Positions 17,391-39,857 of a stretch of DNA of 64,000 nt are shown piece after piece. Below the pieces are notes generated by a model that saw only the letters and a program-made list of their open reading frames with translations, was not told where the DNA came from and searched no databases. The stretch lies in NCBI RefSeq assembly GCF_009914755.1, contig NC_060935.1. One strand, given 5' to 3'. Within the stretch, counting starts at the first letter, position 1. Every line of letters starts with the position of its first letter. Source of the stretch: the human T2T-CHM13v2.0 reference genome, Homo sapiens. The translations under genes and the position numbers were made by a program.

Positions 17391-17637
17391 TGTAATGACA
17401 GGAGCAGCCCAAACTGGGTCTACTCTGTTGATAGCAAAATGTTGAGTTACTTTTTAGGTATAATAGAGCCCAAAACTGTAAGTCATGGAGCCTGGGCATG
17501 CACGATAGAAGACTTAACCTCGAACAACACCAATACCCAAACCAATAATTCCTCCCCTCTGAACCAAGAAGACCAGAACAGGATCAGACATGATTGGAAT
17601 CTAAAAGAGGCAGGAACACTTTTGGAAGCAAGGGGTC
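17391..17637 (+). mobile_element. ERV LTR 5' fragment (subfamily not resolved)
   Basis: TGTAATGACAGGAGCAGCCCAAACTGGGTCTACTCTGTTGATAGCAAAATG start; truncated by an Alu. Confidence 0.55.
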
Positions 17638-17753
17638 CAGGCGAGGCGTGGTGGCTCACACCTGTAATCCCAGCACTTTGGGAGGCTGAGGCGGGTGGGT
17701 CACCTGTCAGGAGTTCCAGACCATCCTGGCCAACATGGTGAAACTTGTCTCTA

Positions 17754-17954
<201 letters not shown>

Positions 17955-18240
17955 CTAGGATCAATAGAAAGGAAATGTCTGGGTTTCCTTTGTGGAGAAA
18001 AAGGCTGTGGAGACCAAAGTTCTTATTGTGCAGAGGAAGTCTTCAGGTAGCAGGTTTCAGAGAGAATAGATTATAAATGCTTCTTATCAGGTCTGTGTTG
18101 ATTTTATATGAGGCATGTCGGACCCCCACTTCCCATCATGGCCTGAACCAGTCTCTCAGGTTACATTTTAAGAGCACCCTGGCTGAGAAGGAAGTCCATT
18201 CAGATGGTCGGGGGCCTTAGAATTTTATTTTTGGTTTATA
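17955..18240 (-). mobile_element. MER4-family LTR 5' fragment (MER4B/D-like)
   Basis: Reverse complement begins TATAAACCAAAAATAAAATTCTAAGGCCCCCGACCATCTGAATGGACTTCC. Confidence 0.8.
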
Positions 18241-18263
18241 GTGTACATCTGGCAGCTTGATAA

Positions 18264-18532
<269 letters not shown>

Positions 18533-18645
18533 TGATCCGCCCACCACGGCCTCCCAAAGGGCTGAGAATACAGGCATGAGCCACCACACCTAGCCCACAT
18601 AGCTAAAACTTTTTTTTGAGTCATGGTAAAATGTACATAAGATAA

Positions 18646-18836
<191 letters not shown>

Positions 18837-19241
18837 TAGTAGAGATGGGGTTTCTCTGTGTTGGTCAGGCTGGTCTCGAACTCCCGACCTCAGGTGATCC
18901 GCCCACCTCGGCCTCCCAAAGTGCTGGGAGTACAGGCATGAGCCACCATGCCCTGCAATCACCATCATTTTTTAGATGAGAAAACTGAGGCACAAAAATG
19001 TTATTTAGCTTGTTTGGGTACCCAGCTAGCAAGAGATAGAGCCGGGACTCCACCCTTTCTAGTGTGTGGTGGGCTCAGAGTCCAGGACTATTAGCACAGG
19101 AAGGGACCAGGGCCACCATGTGTCCAATTTGTTCATTTTACAAATAGGGAAACTGAGGACTTCAAATGTTACATGACTTGTCCCATAGCTATAGTGACCA
19201 TATTATCCGAACCCCAAAATCAAGATGCATGGTTTGATTTA

Positions 19242-19646
<405 letters not shown>

Positions 19647-19732
19647 TCATCTTGACGGTTACATAGTGGGGTTACATAATGGTTATATAATGGGGTTAAT
19701 AATGATTATATAATGGGGTCACCGAGACAAAC

Positions 19733-19942
19733 TGTGCTATTGTCATATAACAAGAAACATATATTTGGTGTTCCTCCCAGTTCCTGGCACAGAGCTTCTA
19801 AAACCTTTAGAATTTCCTGAGTGATAAGAGGAGAGGAGCAGCTTTTGTTATTCGTAATGAGCCCCTTTTCACCATACTTGAGTTCATGCTAATGAGGTGA
19901 CTCTTGGAGAATGGGACTGGTAACCAGAAGAACCAATCAAGT
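19733..19942 (+). mobile_element. MER21 LTR 5' fragment
   Basis: TGTGCTATTGTCATATAACAAGAAACATATATTTGG...CCAGTTCCTGGCACAGAGCTTCTAAAACC; similar to the element at 11853. Confidence 0.8.
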
Positions 19943-20352
19943 GGCCGGCACGATGGCTCATGTATGTAGTCCCAGCAGTACTTTTAGAGGCTGAGGCAGG
20001 CGGATCACTTGAGCTCTGGAGCTGGAGACCAGCCTGGGCAACAGAGTAAAACCCCTTCCCTAGAAAAAATACAAAAAGTTAGCAGGACATGGTGGCGTGT
20101 GCCTGTAGTCCCAGCTACTTGGGAGGCCAAGGTGGGAGGATAGCTTGAGCCCCAGGAGGCTGAGGCTGCAGTGAGCAGTGATCACAGCACTGCACTCCAT
20201 GCTGAATGACAGAGCAAGACCCTGTCTCAACAGGCAAACCAACAATAGAGCCAACCGTTGGGCGTAGTGGTTCATGCCTATAATTCCAGCACTCTGGGAG
20301 ACTGAGGTGGGCAGATCACTTGAGATCAGGAGTTCACCACTGCACGCGGCCT

Positions 20353-21176
<824 letters not shown>

Positions 21177-21335
21177 TTCCTGCTAGCATTCATCTGTGCA
21201 AGCTTCCAGCTTGCAGGCTGCTCTTTGTTAGAATATGATTTGGGGCTGCTTTTCGTTAAAAAGAAAAGCCTTGGTCAGGCATGGTGACTCACACCTGTAA
21301 TCCCAGCACTTTGGGAGGCTGAGGTGGGTGGATCA

Positions 21336-21587
<252 letters not shown>

Positions 21588-21646
21588 TTACCGATGACTC
21601 CCATGCCCTTGCTATCTGCCTAAGTAATTTCTTCTTAACTCCTATA

Positions 21647-22400
<754 letters not shown>

Positions 22401-22678
22401 GTAATACTACAGAGTGTTTGAAATCAGCACCAATTTTGAGAACTTTGGCCTATCCAAAGTTAGGCAGGCCTGTGGGTCTTCATTTAGAAATTTACCAAAC
22501 TGGGCCGGGCGTGGTGGCTCACTCCTGTAATCCCAGCACTTTGAGAAGCCGAGGCAGGTTGATCATGAGGTCGGGAGTTCAAGAACAGCCTAGCTAACAT
22601 GGTGAAACCCCGTCTCTACTAAAAATACAAAAAAATTAGCCAGGCCTGGTGGCGGGCGCCTGTAATCCCAGCTACTCA

Positions 22679-22891
<213 letters not shown>

Positions 22892-24139
22892 TCACATAAG
22901 GAAGACAGGACAGGTGTTTGTTCCTTTAGTAATCCCTCCAGTGTCTGACAACCAAATCGTTTTTCACATTGCTACCAAATATATCCTAAAATGTGAGTTT
23001 GATCATGCCTCTCTCCTTCTCAAAAACCCACAGTAGCTCCCTATTGCCGACAGAGTACAAACATGAATCCATTTGGCATGAGATGTCCTCCATTCCAGAG
23101 CCCCTAACTTCCTTTCCAGCCTCATCTGCCACCTCCTTCCCCAACACTCTTGCACTCCTGGACATGCCGCATGCCGCTGCAACTTAGGTCTTCTCCATCT
23201 ATTCTTTAGCCCCAGCCACGCCCTAAATGCTTCCTCTTTTGTAACCCTGCCCCCACCCTGATCCTTTTGGTCAGAATTAATCTCTTCTTCCTCAATGCTG
23301 TCACAGCAAATAGCAGGTAAGCCTTCTCAGGCCTTGTGTTGCCCTGCCTTGGATTACTGTGAGGTGTTTACGAGTCATTTCCACCACAGACAACAAATAC
23401 CGCAGGGGCATTGGCCGTGAACTCACTTTTGTGTAGGGCAGAAATCCAGACTTCTGTTTACAGGAAATATACCCTGTCTGTGTGCTGTATCCTTCCTGGG
23501 CCTCTGCTTCTCTATCCTTTTTATAACAGTGTTTCCTAAAACAGGATTGGAGGAACTGTTAAAGTCACTCCTGTTTCTGATGGCAGTGTGAGTTCTCAAT
23601 CTACACAGGATGACGTGAAAGAAAAGATCAAGAACTACTGCTTGGCAGCCACACTTCTTGAACAAGGAGCTCCATTTCACCTGCCATTGCCTCAACCCAC
23701 TGAAAATGGGATTTGGTCCCTACTGAGCTGTCCAAATTCCTTCCTCCAAGGCGATCCCTCAAGAGCAAAGGCCTAGCACATGGCTGAGCACTTGACACCA
23801 CCAGCAGTGTTTGCTTTGTCAGTTTTCAAACTTTGTCCTTCTCTAGCACTCTCCTCTTGCCCCTCTGGCTGTCCCTGTCTAAATCTCCTGCACTGGAGCA
23901 TCTCCCTGAGCCCAGCTCACATTGGCAATATTCTTTGCTTCATCCTGGTACACTGTCCCCAGACAACTCAGTCACTTGTGGGGCTTTGGTTGCTGCCTAA
24001 ATGCAGAAGAACTTGGTCTACATGCTAGGTCTTTCTGTGCTCCAGATCTTTCTGGGCTGCCTGCCTAACTGGATGCCCAAAACACTTCAATTTCTCCCCT
24101 AACTGAGGCTTTGGTGAGGAGAAATATTGACTCCAACTC

Positions 24140-24900
24140 TATCCCAGTGCTTTACTGTGGGCAGAGTATAGACCTAGCCCCTTGATTTGGGGCTTAGCCG
24201 TGTGACTTCCTTTGGCCAGTAATGAGGGTAGGGGATGGAAGTAGGAGTGTGCCACAGCTGAACCTCTGGCATGGCAGTGAGAAGAGCTTCCCCTGGCAAG
24301 CTGCTGCCTCCCGTATCTGGGCCCAGAATGAGCACACATGGAGCCAAGCCAAGCTGCCCTCACCAACCCACAGACATAAAGCAAGAGGCAGGGCAAGCCC
24401 AGTGTGGTGGCTCACGCCTGTAATCCCAGTGCTTTGGAGGACTAAGGTGGATGGATTCCTTGACCCCAGGAGTTCAAGATCAGCGTGGGCAACATAGTGA
24501 GACTTCATTGCTACAAAAAATAAAATATATTTGCCAAGCATGATGGTGCACACCTGTAGCCCCAGCTCCCTGGGAGACTGGGGTAGGAGGATTGCTAAAG
24601 CCTGGGCTGAGTCAAAGCTGCAGATCCATGCAGAGCCATGATAGTGCTACCGCACTCTGACCTGAGTGACAGAGCGAGAGCTTGTCTCAAAAAAAAAAAA
24701 AAAAAAAAAGGAAAAGAAAAGAAAATGAAAAAAGGAAAGAAAGAAAGGAAAAAAAAAAAAAAAGAAACACTGCAGCTTCCACTCCTGCAGACTGAACAGA
24801 GCCACCGGCCCCCCAATCTGTGAGAATAAAGAACTGTGGTTTTAAGCCACTGGATGTCGGGTGGTTTGTTACACAGCATTATTATAGCAAAAACTAAACA
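24140..24900 (+). mobile_element. MLT1-type MaLR LTR interrupted by an AluJ
   Basis: CTTAGCCGTGTGACTTCCTTTGGCCAGTAATG and 3' end TGGTTTTAAGCCACTGGATGTCGGGTGGTTTGTTACACAGCA...ATACA. Confidence 0.75.
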
Positions 24901-25067
24901 ATACAATCTTGCATAGAGTTGAATGCATAAAACCTCAATATACAAATTAAGATTAGTTGTGCACATCACCACCAAGGTCAGGAAATTAATCATTGCTGAA
25001 TGCCCCAGGAGCCTCCATGTGCCCCTCCTGATCACCACCTCCTCCTTCACCCATAGAGGTAATCAAA

Positions 25068-25268
25068 ATTTCCTTCCTTCCTTGCTTCCTTTCTCTCTCC
25101 TTCTTTTTTCCTTCCTTCCTCTCTTTCTTTCTCCTTCCTTCCTTCTTCTTTTCTTTCTTCTTTCTTTCTGTCTCTCTCTTTCTCTCTTTCTTTTCATTCC
25201 TTCCCTCCCTCCCTCCCTCCTTCCCTCCTTCTTCCCTTCCTCTCTTCCTTCCTTCTTTTCTTTCTTTC
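25068..25268. repeat. CT-rich low-complexity tract (expanded Alu tail)
   Basis: (CTTT/CCTT/CCCT)n polypyrimidine run abutting a minus-strand Alu. Confidence 0.9.
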
Positions 25269-25624
25269 AACAGAGTCTTGCTGTGTCATCCAGGCTGGAG
25301 CCCTGTGGCACAATCTTGGCTCACTGCAATCTCCGCCTCCCTGGTTCAAACAATTCTCCTACCTCAGCCTCCCAAGTAGCTGGGACCACAGGTGTGCACA
25401 CAACCATGCCCAGCTAATTTTTTTTTTCTTTTTTGTAGAGACGGGTTTTCACCATGTTGACCAGGCTGCTCTAGAACTCCTGGCCTCAGGTGATCCACCT
25501 GCCTCGGCCTCCCAAAGTGCTGGGATTACAGGCATCAGCCACCCGCAACTGGCCTAATTTTTTACTTTTCTTTATAGCATATTGTACATATATGCATCTC
25601 TAAATTTGATAGTTTGCTTTTCAT

Positions 25625-29007
<3,383 letters not shown>

Positions 29008-29196
29008 CTTTTGATTGTTTTTAACTTGTTTGAATGTAATCTTATTGTTTGTATTTTTTTGTGTCCTGTATTTTTTGCTCAGTATTGTTTATGAGACTCA
29101 TCCAAGTGTTACATGTAGCTACAGTTTGTTCATTGCCATCACTGCATAATATCCATTAAATGAACTTATTTTTACATTCATTTATTCTACTGATAA

Positions 29197-29439
<243 letters not shown>

Positions 29440-29566
29440 TGAATTCCTGACCTCAGGTGATCCACCTGCCCCGGCCTCCCAAAGTGCTGGGATTACAGGT
29501 GTGAGCCACTGTGCCCAGCAGACACAGTGTAAGTATTACAGTCCTGTGTAAGTATTCCTATATATC

Positions 29567-30253
29567 AGGTCTAGCAAACTTATTCTGTAAAGCACAGATA
29601 ATAAACATCTTAGGCTTCGTGGGTACAGCTGGTTTCTGTTGCATATACATTCTTCTTCTTTTTTTAAAATAGAGATGAGGTCTCACAATTTACCCAGGCT
29701 GGTCTCAAACTCCTGGGCTCAAGTGATCCTCTTACCTCAGCCTCAGATTACAGGCGTGAGCCACCACTCCCAGCCTACATTCTTTCTTTCTTTTTTTAAA
29801 AAGAAAAATGTGGCCAGGTGTGGTGGCTCACGCCTGTAATCCCAGCACTTTGGGAGGCTGAGGCGGGTGGATCACCTGAGGTCAGAAGTTCAAGACCAGC
29901 CTGGTCAACATGGTGAAACCCCGTCTCTACTAAAAATACAAAAATTAGCCGGGCGTGATGGCGGGCGCCTGTAATCCCAGCTACTCAGGAGGCTGAGGCA
30001 GGAGAATCGCTCGAACCCGGGAGGCAGACAGAGGTTGCAGTGAGCCAAGATCGTGCCATTGCGCTCCAGCCTGGGCAACAAGAGCGAAATTTCGTTCCAA
30101 AAAAATAAAATAAAATAAATAAATAAATAAATAAATAAATGAAAAATGTAAAAACCATTTAAAAATGTAAACATTGTTCTTAGCTTGCAGGCTGTACAAA
30201 AACAGGTTGTTGGGGTTGGCTTTGGCCCACGGGCTGCAGTTTGCTGACCTCTG
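29567..30253. mobile_element. MER58(B)-type hAT DNA transposon with two Alu insertions
   Basis: Termini CAGGTCTAGCAAACT ... AGTTTGCTGACCTCTG; GGCTTTGGCCCACGGGCTGCAGTTTGC motif. Confidence 0.8.
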
Positions 30254-30726
30254 CTTTCTGCTATTCGGTGCATGCGAGAAACATTTCTCCAGGAGTGCAA
30301 CGGTTTGCACGTCTTTTGCCTCACTGGATGGTGCCCATCTTAAATTCAGCATATGGAAAATGGAAATTTCATCTTCTCAAGCAAATGAATCTGTGGGTAC
30401 CAGCTTCCTGGGGAAAATGACATTCCGGTGGTTGCTATGGGACCTGAGCCCTCTGCAATGTCTTCCCCCTTCATTCCAGATGGTAGTGAATGGCACTGCT
30501 GTCCAGCAGGTGCCCATCAGAGTGGGTCAGGGAGGGTGGTACCAGACAGGTCAGAGGTGGGTCACAATGGGCATTGAGGCTAGGTGGGGAGCTTGGATTT
30601 TATTCCACTTGTAATAGAAAACCAGTTTAGGAGGTGGAGCAGGATGGTGACAAATGAGCTATGTTTTAAAAGGATCACTTTGGGCCGGGTGTGGTGGCTC
30701 ACTCCTGTAATCCCAGCAGTTTGCTA

Positions 30727-31179
<453 letters not shown>

Positions 31180-31382
31180 TTATCCCCTTGCACATCCTGC
31201 AGTCCTATCCCATTTCTGCAGTCCTCTCTCCCCTTACACAGTGAACATAGTTCAAATATCCTGCCCTGGCTGACCCCACTCCTAAGCCCCCAGACACTTT
31301 CTCTGTAGACAATTAGGTGACCCTGCTTCACATGTCTTGAGGATAAAATATGACACATGCCTCAAATCTGGGTTTTTTTTAA

Positions 31383-31520
<138 letters not shown>

Positions 31521-32605
31521 TGAGATTACAGGCACCCACCACCACGCCTGGCTAATTTTTGTATTTTTAGTAGAGACGGGGTTTCCCCATGTTGGCCAGG
31601 CTGGTCTCGAGCTCCTGACCTCAGGTGATCCACCCACCTCAGCCTCCCAAAAGTGCTGGGATTACAGGCGTGAGCCACTGTGCCCAGCCATGACTGTTTT
31701 CCCACTGAACTTTAGACAACTGTATCTTTGAGTCTTATCTTTGCAGTTCAGCTGACCACAGGCAATTGAGTGGGCCTTGAAGGAAAGAATGTGGAACTGA
31801 ATCTGTTATCTGGCAGCCACCTGGGAGACTGGCAGGGCAGAGACGGTTCTGACTGTGGTGATTAGGAAACAGGGCCGCGTGGATGCACCTGCAGACTGGG
31901 TCACCAGAAAAGATACAGATCACTGGAGTGTGTGAGACCAAACTGGAATCCATGGGGCACGTGACATCCTCGAAAGAGTAAAGGCAGGTGGGGTGAGTTA
32001 GAGTGGTTGCAGTAATAGTGGCACACACGCTGTGCCACGGGGAGTGAGCTGGAGGTGCCCAGGGCTGGGGCCGCCCTATAATGCCAGCTGGAACACACCT
32101 TGCTGTTGCTTAACTAAGAGTGAGCCTCTCTTATCGCTCCTCCTGCAACGTTAACTACCATAAACTGTTAGCAGTTGTTACAACCGCCTCTGCCCCAAGA
32201 TACCTTGGCTCCACTCCCACCTGTTCTCTGAGAAGCTGCAATACAAATTAACTCATCAAAAAAGGTCAAGACATCCAGTTAGTTTGGAATAAAGGGAGAA
32301 GAAGAGGAGGGAAGTAGAACTGACTGCTGGAGGAGGGGGCAGAGGAGCGGATTGGAAAAGGATAAATACTGTTTTTTACAATTGTAAACAAGTTATTTAT
32401 AATATTATAATAAAGGATATGTTTTATTAAAAATACAGCAGATTATTTCAAGGTAGGCTAAACTAGTACTACACACACTGTGTCCCTGGGACAGGACCTG
32501 GTCCATGAACTGTTGGTTACCAGTCTGAGAAGAAGTAAGTAGAGAAGTTAAGAGAAATTCTTTAGAAAGTTTTGTAGCAATTGGACAGCACAATTTTCTG
32601 TCTGT

Positions 32606-33433
<828 letters not shown>

Positions 33434-33951
33434 CTGTTGAATGTAATCATGAGAATGGGACCTGTATTTTGTAAGTCTTTAAAAAAATTTTCAACTTCCC
33501 AGTAATTTCTAATGTACTATACGGAAGTATTGGTCTCTGAGCCCTGGCAGTGAAGAAAAATAGCCTGGTTCTTCAGCCCAGGGATTCTGAGAAGCATTGA
33601 GTCCAGTTTGGGGAGGTGTGGGGGTTGGGGGGAAGAGGCTGAAGCATTGAGACCTGTGTCCCTCTGGGAAAGGCAGTATTTGGACACTGGCCCTCTAAAG
33701 AGAGTGCACACGGTGTTGGGCAGAGAAGCAGCCACGTCCAAAGAGGAGAGGCCACTACAAAGAACAAAGAATAAACAACTCACCATGGGCAGTCCCATCG
33801 GATTTCCTCGTCCTTGTCCCAAACTCAACACCGAAAGAATAAGCACAGAGCAAGAGAGTGTGAGAAAGTAAACCACCCTCCTTGCTCACCTCCCCATCTC
33901 CCTCGCTTAGCTTTCTGGGCAGCCTTGAGGGGAGATTTGAAACAAATGACA

Positions 33952-35429
<1,478 letters not shown>

Positions 35430-35901
35430 ATGCCAATCAACAAGGTGAGCAGTTCTCAAAGCAGCACAGACTCTGGGTAGGAATTGATCAGATTACTGTG
35501 AAAACGGGCTTCTTTCATAATCACAGAGGTGGATCTAGAAGGCTGGTAGAAGTTTAATTGACAAGAACAATTTGTTTGGTTTTGTTGGCTAGAAGGCAAA
35601 GGAAAGAATACAATAGAATGCCAGAATGCCAAAGGGCTTCTTGGTAATTGAATCACATTAAGTGACTCAGAGTTATTTACACCCAAAGCAGATGAAAACT
35701 GGCTCATACCTGTAAAACTGGCTCACGCCTATAAAACTGGCTCACACCTGTAATCCCAGCACTTTGGGAGGCCGAGGCAGGTGGATCATGAGGGCAGGAG
35801 ATTGAGACCATCCTGGCTGACATGGTGAAACCCCATCTCTACTACACATATAAAAAAATTAGCTAGGCCTGGTGGCATGCACCTGTAGTCCCAGCTACTC
35901 A

Positions 35902-36069
<168 letters not shown>

Positions 36070-36279
36070 CTAGATAGCGATAAGGAAGATAAGGAAGAGC
36101 TGCTTTGGAATTACTTTTTTTTTTTTTTTTGGCACGGAGTCTTACTCTTGTCACCCAGGCTGGAGTGCAGGGGTGTGATCCTGGCTCACTGCAACCTTTG
36201 CCTCCCAGGTTGAAGCAATTCTCTGCCTCAGCCTCCCGAGTTGCTGAGATTACAGGCGTCTGCCACAATGCCTGGTTAA

Positions 36280-36468
<189 letters not shown>

Positions 36469-38125
36469 TAGTACAAGAGAAGCAAGAAACTCCCTGTATC
36501 CGAGGAGAACAGTAGTGTCACCATGCACCACTAAGACAGGCAGTTCCTTGTCCAGAATGGGCAGAAAAGGCTGGCTCCTCATCCCAGTCCCTCCTTAGCT
36601 GGGTCAACATAACCTGCCTCAGAGTCCCCGGCTTGCTGGAACACCTCCCATTTCCTACACTGTGCACCCCGAACATAGTCCTAGAAATGCACAGTGGGGA
36701 GATAATGTGGGTGACTGGAAAGTGGTGCTTTACTCCTGTGCCCAGCAAAGGGGTCCCCAGGGCAGAGGCCAGGGAGCACCCCACAAGGCTGACCCGGCAC
36801 CCTCAATGTTACTTTGCCCAGGTCTCTTTCCAGAACACTCACTTGTATCCTCCTGTACATAAGCTAAATTTCTCATTTTTTGGGAAAAGGGCTAGGTGGT
36901 TATTTTTTATTTTCAGAGATCCTCAAAGGGCAAAGCCAACCAAAAGGGGACTTTGGATGAGCAGCCAGCTCCCCTAGCTTAGTCCTCAGGCCTGGCCAGT
37001 GCCGCAGGAGGCTCTGAGAACCCTTGGAGGTCCCACTACCCAGAGTTATTTGCTTATTCAATTAGTAAATATCAGTGTAAAGAATGGAAGGGTGGAGGGT
37101 GCCAACAGCACAGCTCCCACACTCCAGAGAGCCTCTGCTCACCCAGCTCATCGCCATTCTCCAGACCGGCTGGGCTGCTTCCTTTTTACCGGATCCAAGC
37201 CACAGAGCAGGGCCACCTCAGATTATTCTTTCTCTTTCATGCTCCCTTCCCTGTCCTCCTTCCCTGCTCCCCACTATCTCATCCATCACCGAACTTTCTC
37301 AATCTCACCTCTTACAACTTCCCAAATACTAAATGTTAATAACTGAAGACAATGGGTGCTTGGGGCATGGAGGTTCATTATACAATTCTCTCTCCTTGTG
37401 TATGAGTCTGAATGTTTCCAAAACAGAAAATTACATGTAACAAAAGATAAAGGAATACAATATCTCAAGCTGGTCCCCTCTGCTCTGTTACTTGCAGAAT
37501 CCAGACTTTCACCATCTCCCTTGCCCACTTTGGCCCCCAGCCTCCAACGAGCCCGACCAGCCACCCTTGGATTAGCAGATGTGTTTCCCTCCATGCTGAC
37601 GTGGATGGTGGCAGGGTCTCCTGTTTCCAGACAATAGTTTAAACTGCCTTTAAGTGAAGGAGTTTTAAGACATGTGATGCAGTTAGGCATGTAGCCAGAC
37701 ATACTTTACCCCAGGCTGGGGCTCAGGGCCCAGGTTCTAGTCCCAGCAACACCTCCAACAGGGTGTTAGAATGAGCTATTTCTTCCACTTCTGTTTTGAA
37801 ATACACAAAACACAAAAACACCACTAGCCCTGGGCCCAGGCTTTCACTGTCAAAGGGATTTGAAGAATTTTGTCATCATATATGAATCTCAAAACAGCCC
37901 CAGGGGAAGCAGGGCATGTTTTAAGAGGACTTCATCCAATGCTTTCTTGGTATGAACTAAGCACCTTCCCTTCCCTCCCTCTTCCTAGGGGAAGGCTGAG
38001 ACATGTCTGGCTCCAGTAAATTAACGACCTCATCTCCACTGACTTATTTGTCTGAAACATGTTCAAAAAGCAAAGCAAATAGAAAAGAGGAGAAGTCTTG
38101 GAGGAAGAAGGAAAGCAGACACAGG

Positions 38126-38200
38126 AAATTAGGATAAATGTTTAAAGGCATGTATTTTAGCTTATTAGGATAAATGTTTAAAGGTATGTATTTTAAATTA
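38126..38200. repeat. 36-bp tandem duplication
   Basis: ATTAGGATAAATGTTTAAAGG(C/T)ATGTATTTTA occurs twice in tandem. Confidence 0.9.
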
Positions 38201-38302
38201 TGCATCAAGAACCAGATTCTTTGGATGACAAAGAAGTTCACAGAGGTGACCTGATCTGGCCAAAGCAATTCTTTTTTTTTTTTTTGGGGGGGTCGGGGGT
38301 AA

Positions 38303-38503
<201 letters not shown>

Positions 38504-38953
38504 TGAACTGCTGACCTCCTGACCCGCCCACCTCGGCCTCCCAACATGCTGGGATTACAGGTGTGAGCCACTGCACCAGGCCAAAGTAATTCTTAATAAT
38601 AATAGTAAGAGTACAAAATACTTACTGTGTATCAGGAGCAGCATAAAGAGCTTTCCTCATGGAAGCCTTACAAGGACCCTATGAGATGAATAGCACCCCC
38701 TTTATAGAGATAGGGAAACAGATCCAGAGAGTTACAAGTCCTGGAACCAGGGGTTGATCCCTGCTCTGCTGGACTCCATGGCCCATGCATGGCCCTGACT
38801 TTTCTTCCGCATGTCTTCCAGCCCCACCAGATCACTTCCCAGTTAGTGTTGGAACCGGGACAACACCTAGATCTGGCCCAGTGGTCTTTCCTAGTGTTTT
38901 CTCAAATGGTATCCAAGGGCTTCCCTGGTTCTAAAACAGAAATAAATAAATGA

Positions 38954-39325
<372 letters not shown>

Positions 39326-39414
39326 TGATACCAGAGTGCTCAGTCCTTTGACCTCCACCTCCAGGCTCATATCTTCTTCCCCTCTCCCATCCTGTTCACA
39401 GCCTCACAGGACAG

Positions 39415-39857
39415 TGTAGCCTGCCATGATCCCTGTTGGACTGAACAAAGGGGGCTAACATGGGAATAAAAGACAAGGACGTAAGAGTATATTTGGAAGA
39501 ATGGGTCAGGGGGCATCTTGCCTCTAGTGGACAAGGGCCCCAAGCTTTACACAGCCCTCCGTATTTATTGGTAAAAGAGATAACAAGAAGGGGGGATGGT
39601 TGTCAGCCGGCAGTTTGATTCACAGCAAGCTTGCAAGACTGCATCCTTTGAACAATAGGTGCTAGATTTACCAGTAGATAACTTTAAGGAGCCCGGTGCC
39701 ACGGAATGATGACCCTCAGCAAGCCTCCTGGCGGCAGGCGCAGTCGTGAGTTTGCTCACATCCTGCATTCATGATAAACAGTTTGCTGTTTGATCACATA
39801 GCCTCCAGTGGAATGCTGAGTTGGTCACAATCCCTTTGGCCTTTTCAGCACCCAACA
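39415..39857 (-). mobile_element. 3' LTR (LTR3) of the HML-6 provirus
   Basis: Direct repeat of 45539-45983 (about 40 substitutions by manual count), preceded on the minus strand by the polypurine tract AGAAAAGGGGAGA. Confidence 0.95.

Noticed and set aside
24923-25417. Hydrophobic 164-aa ORF and its Lys/Glu/Arg-rich antisense ORF
   Set aside because: Artefacts of the CT-rich simple repeat plus Alu.
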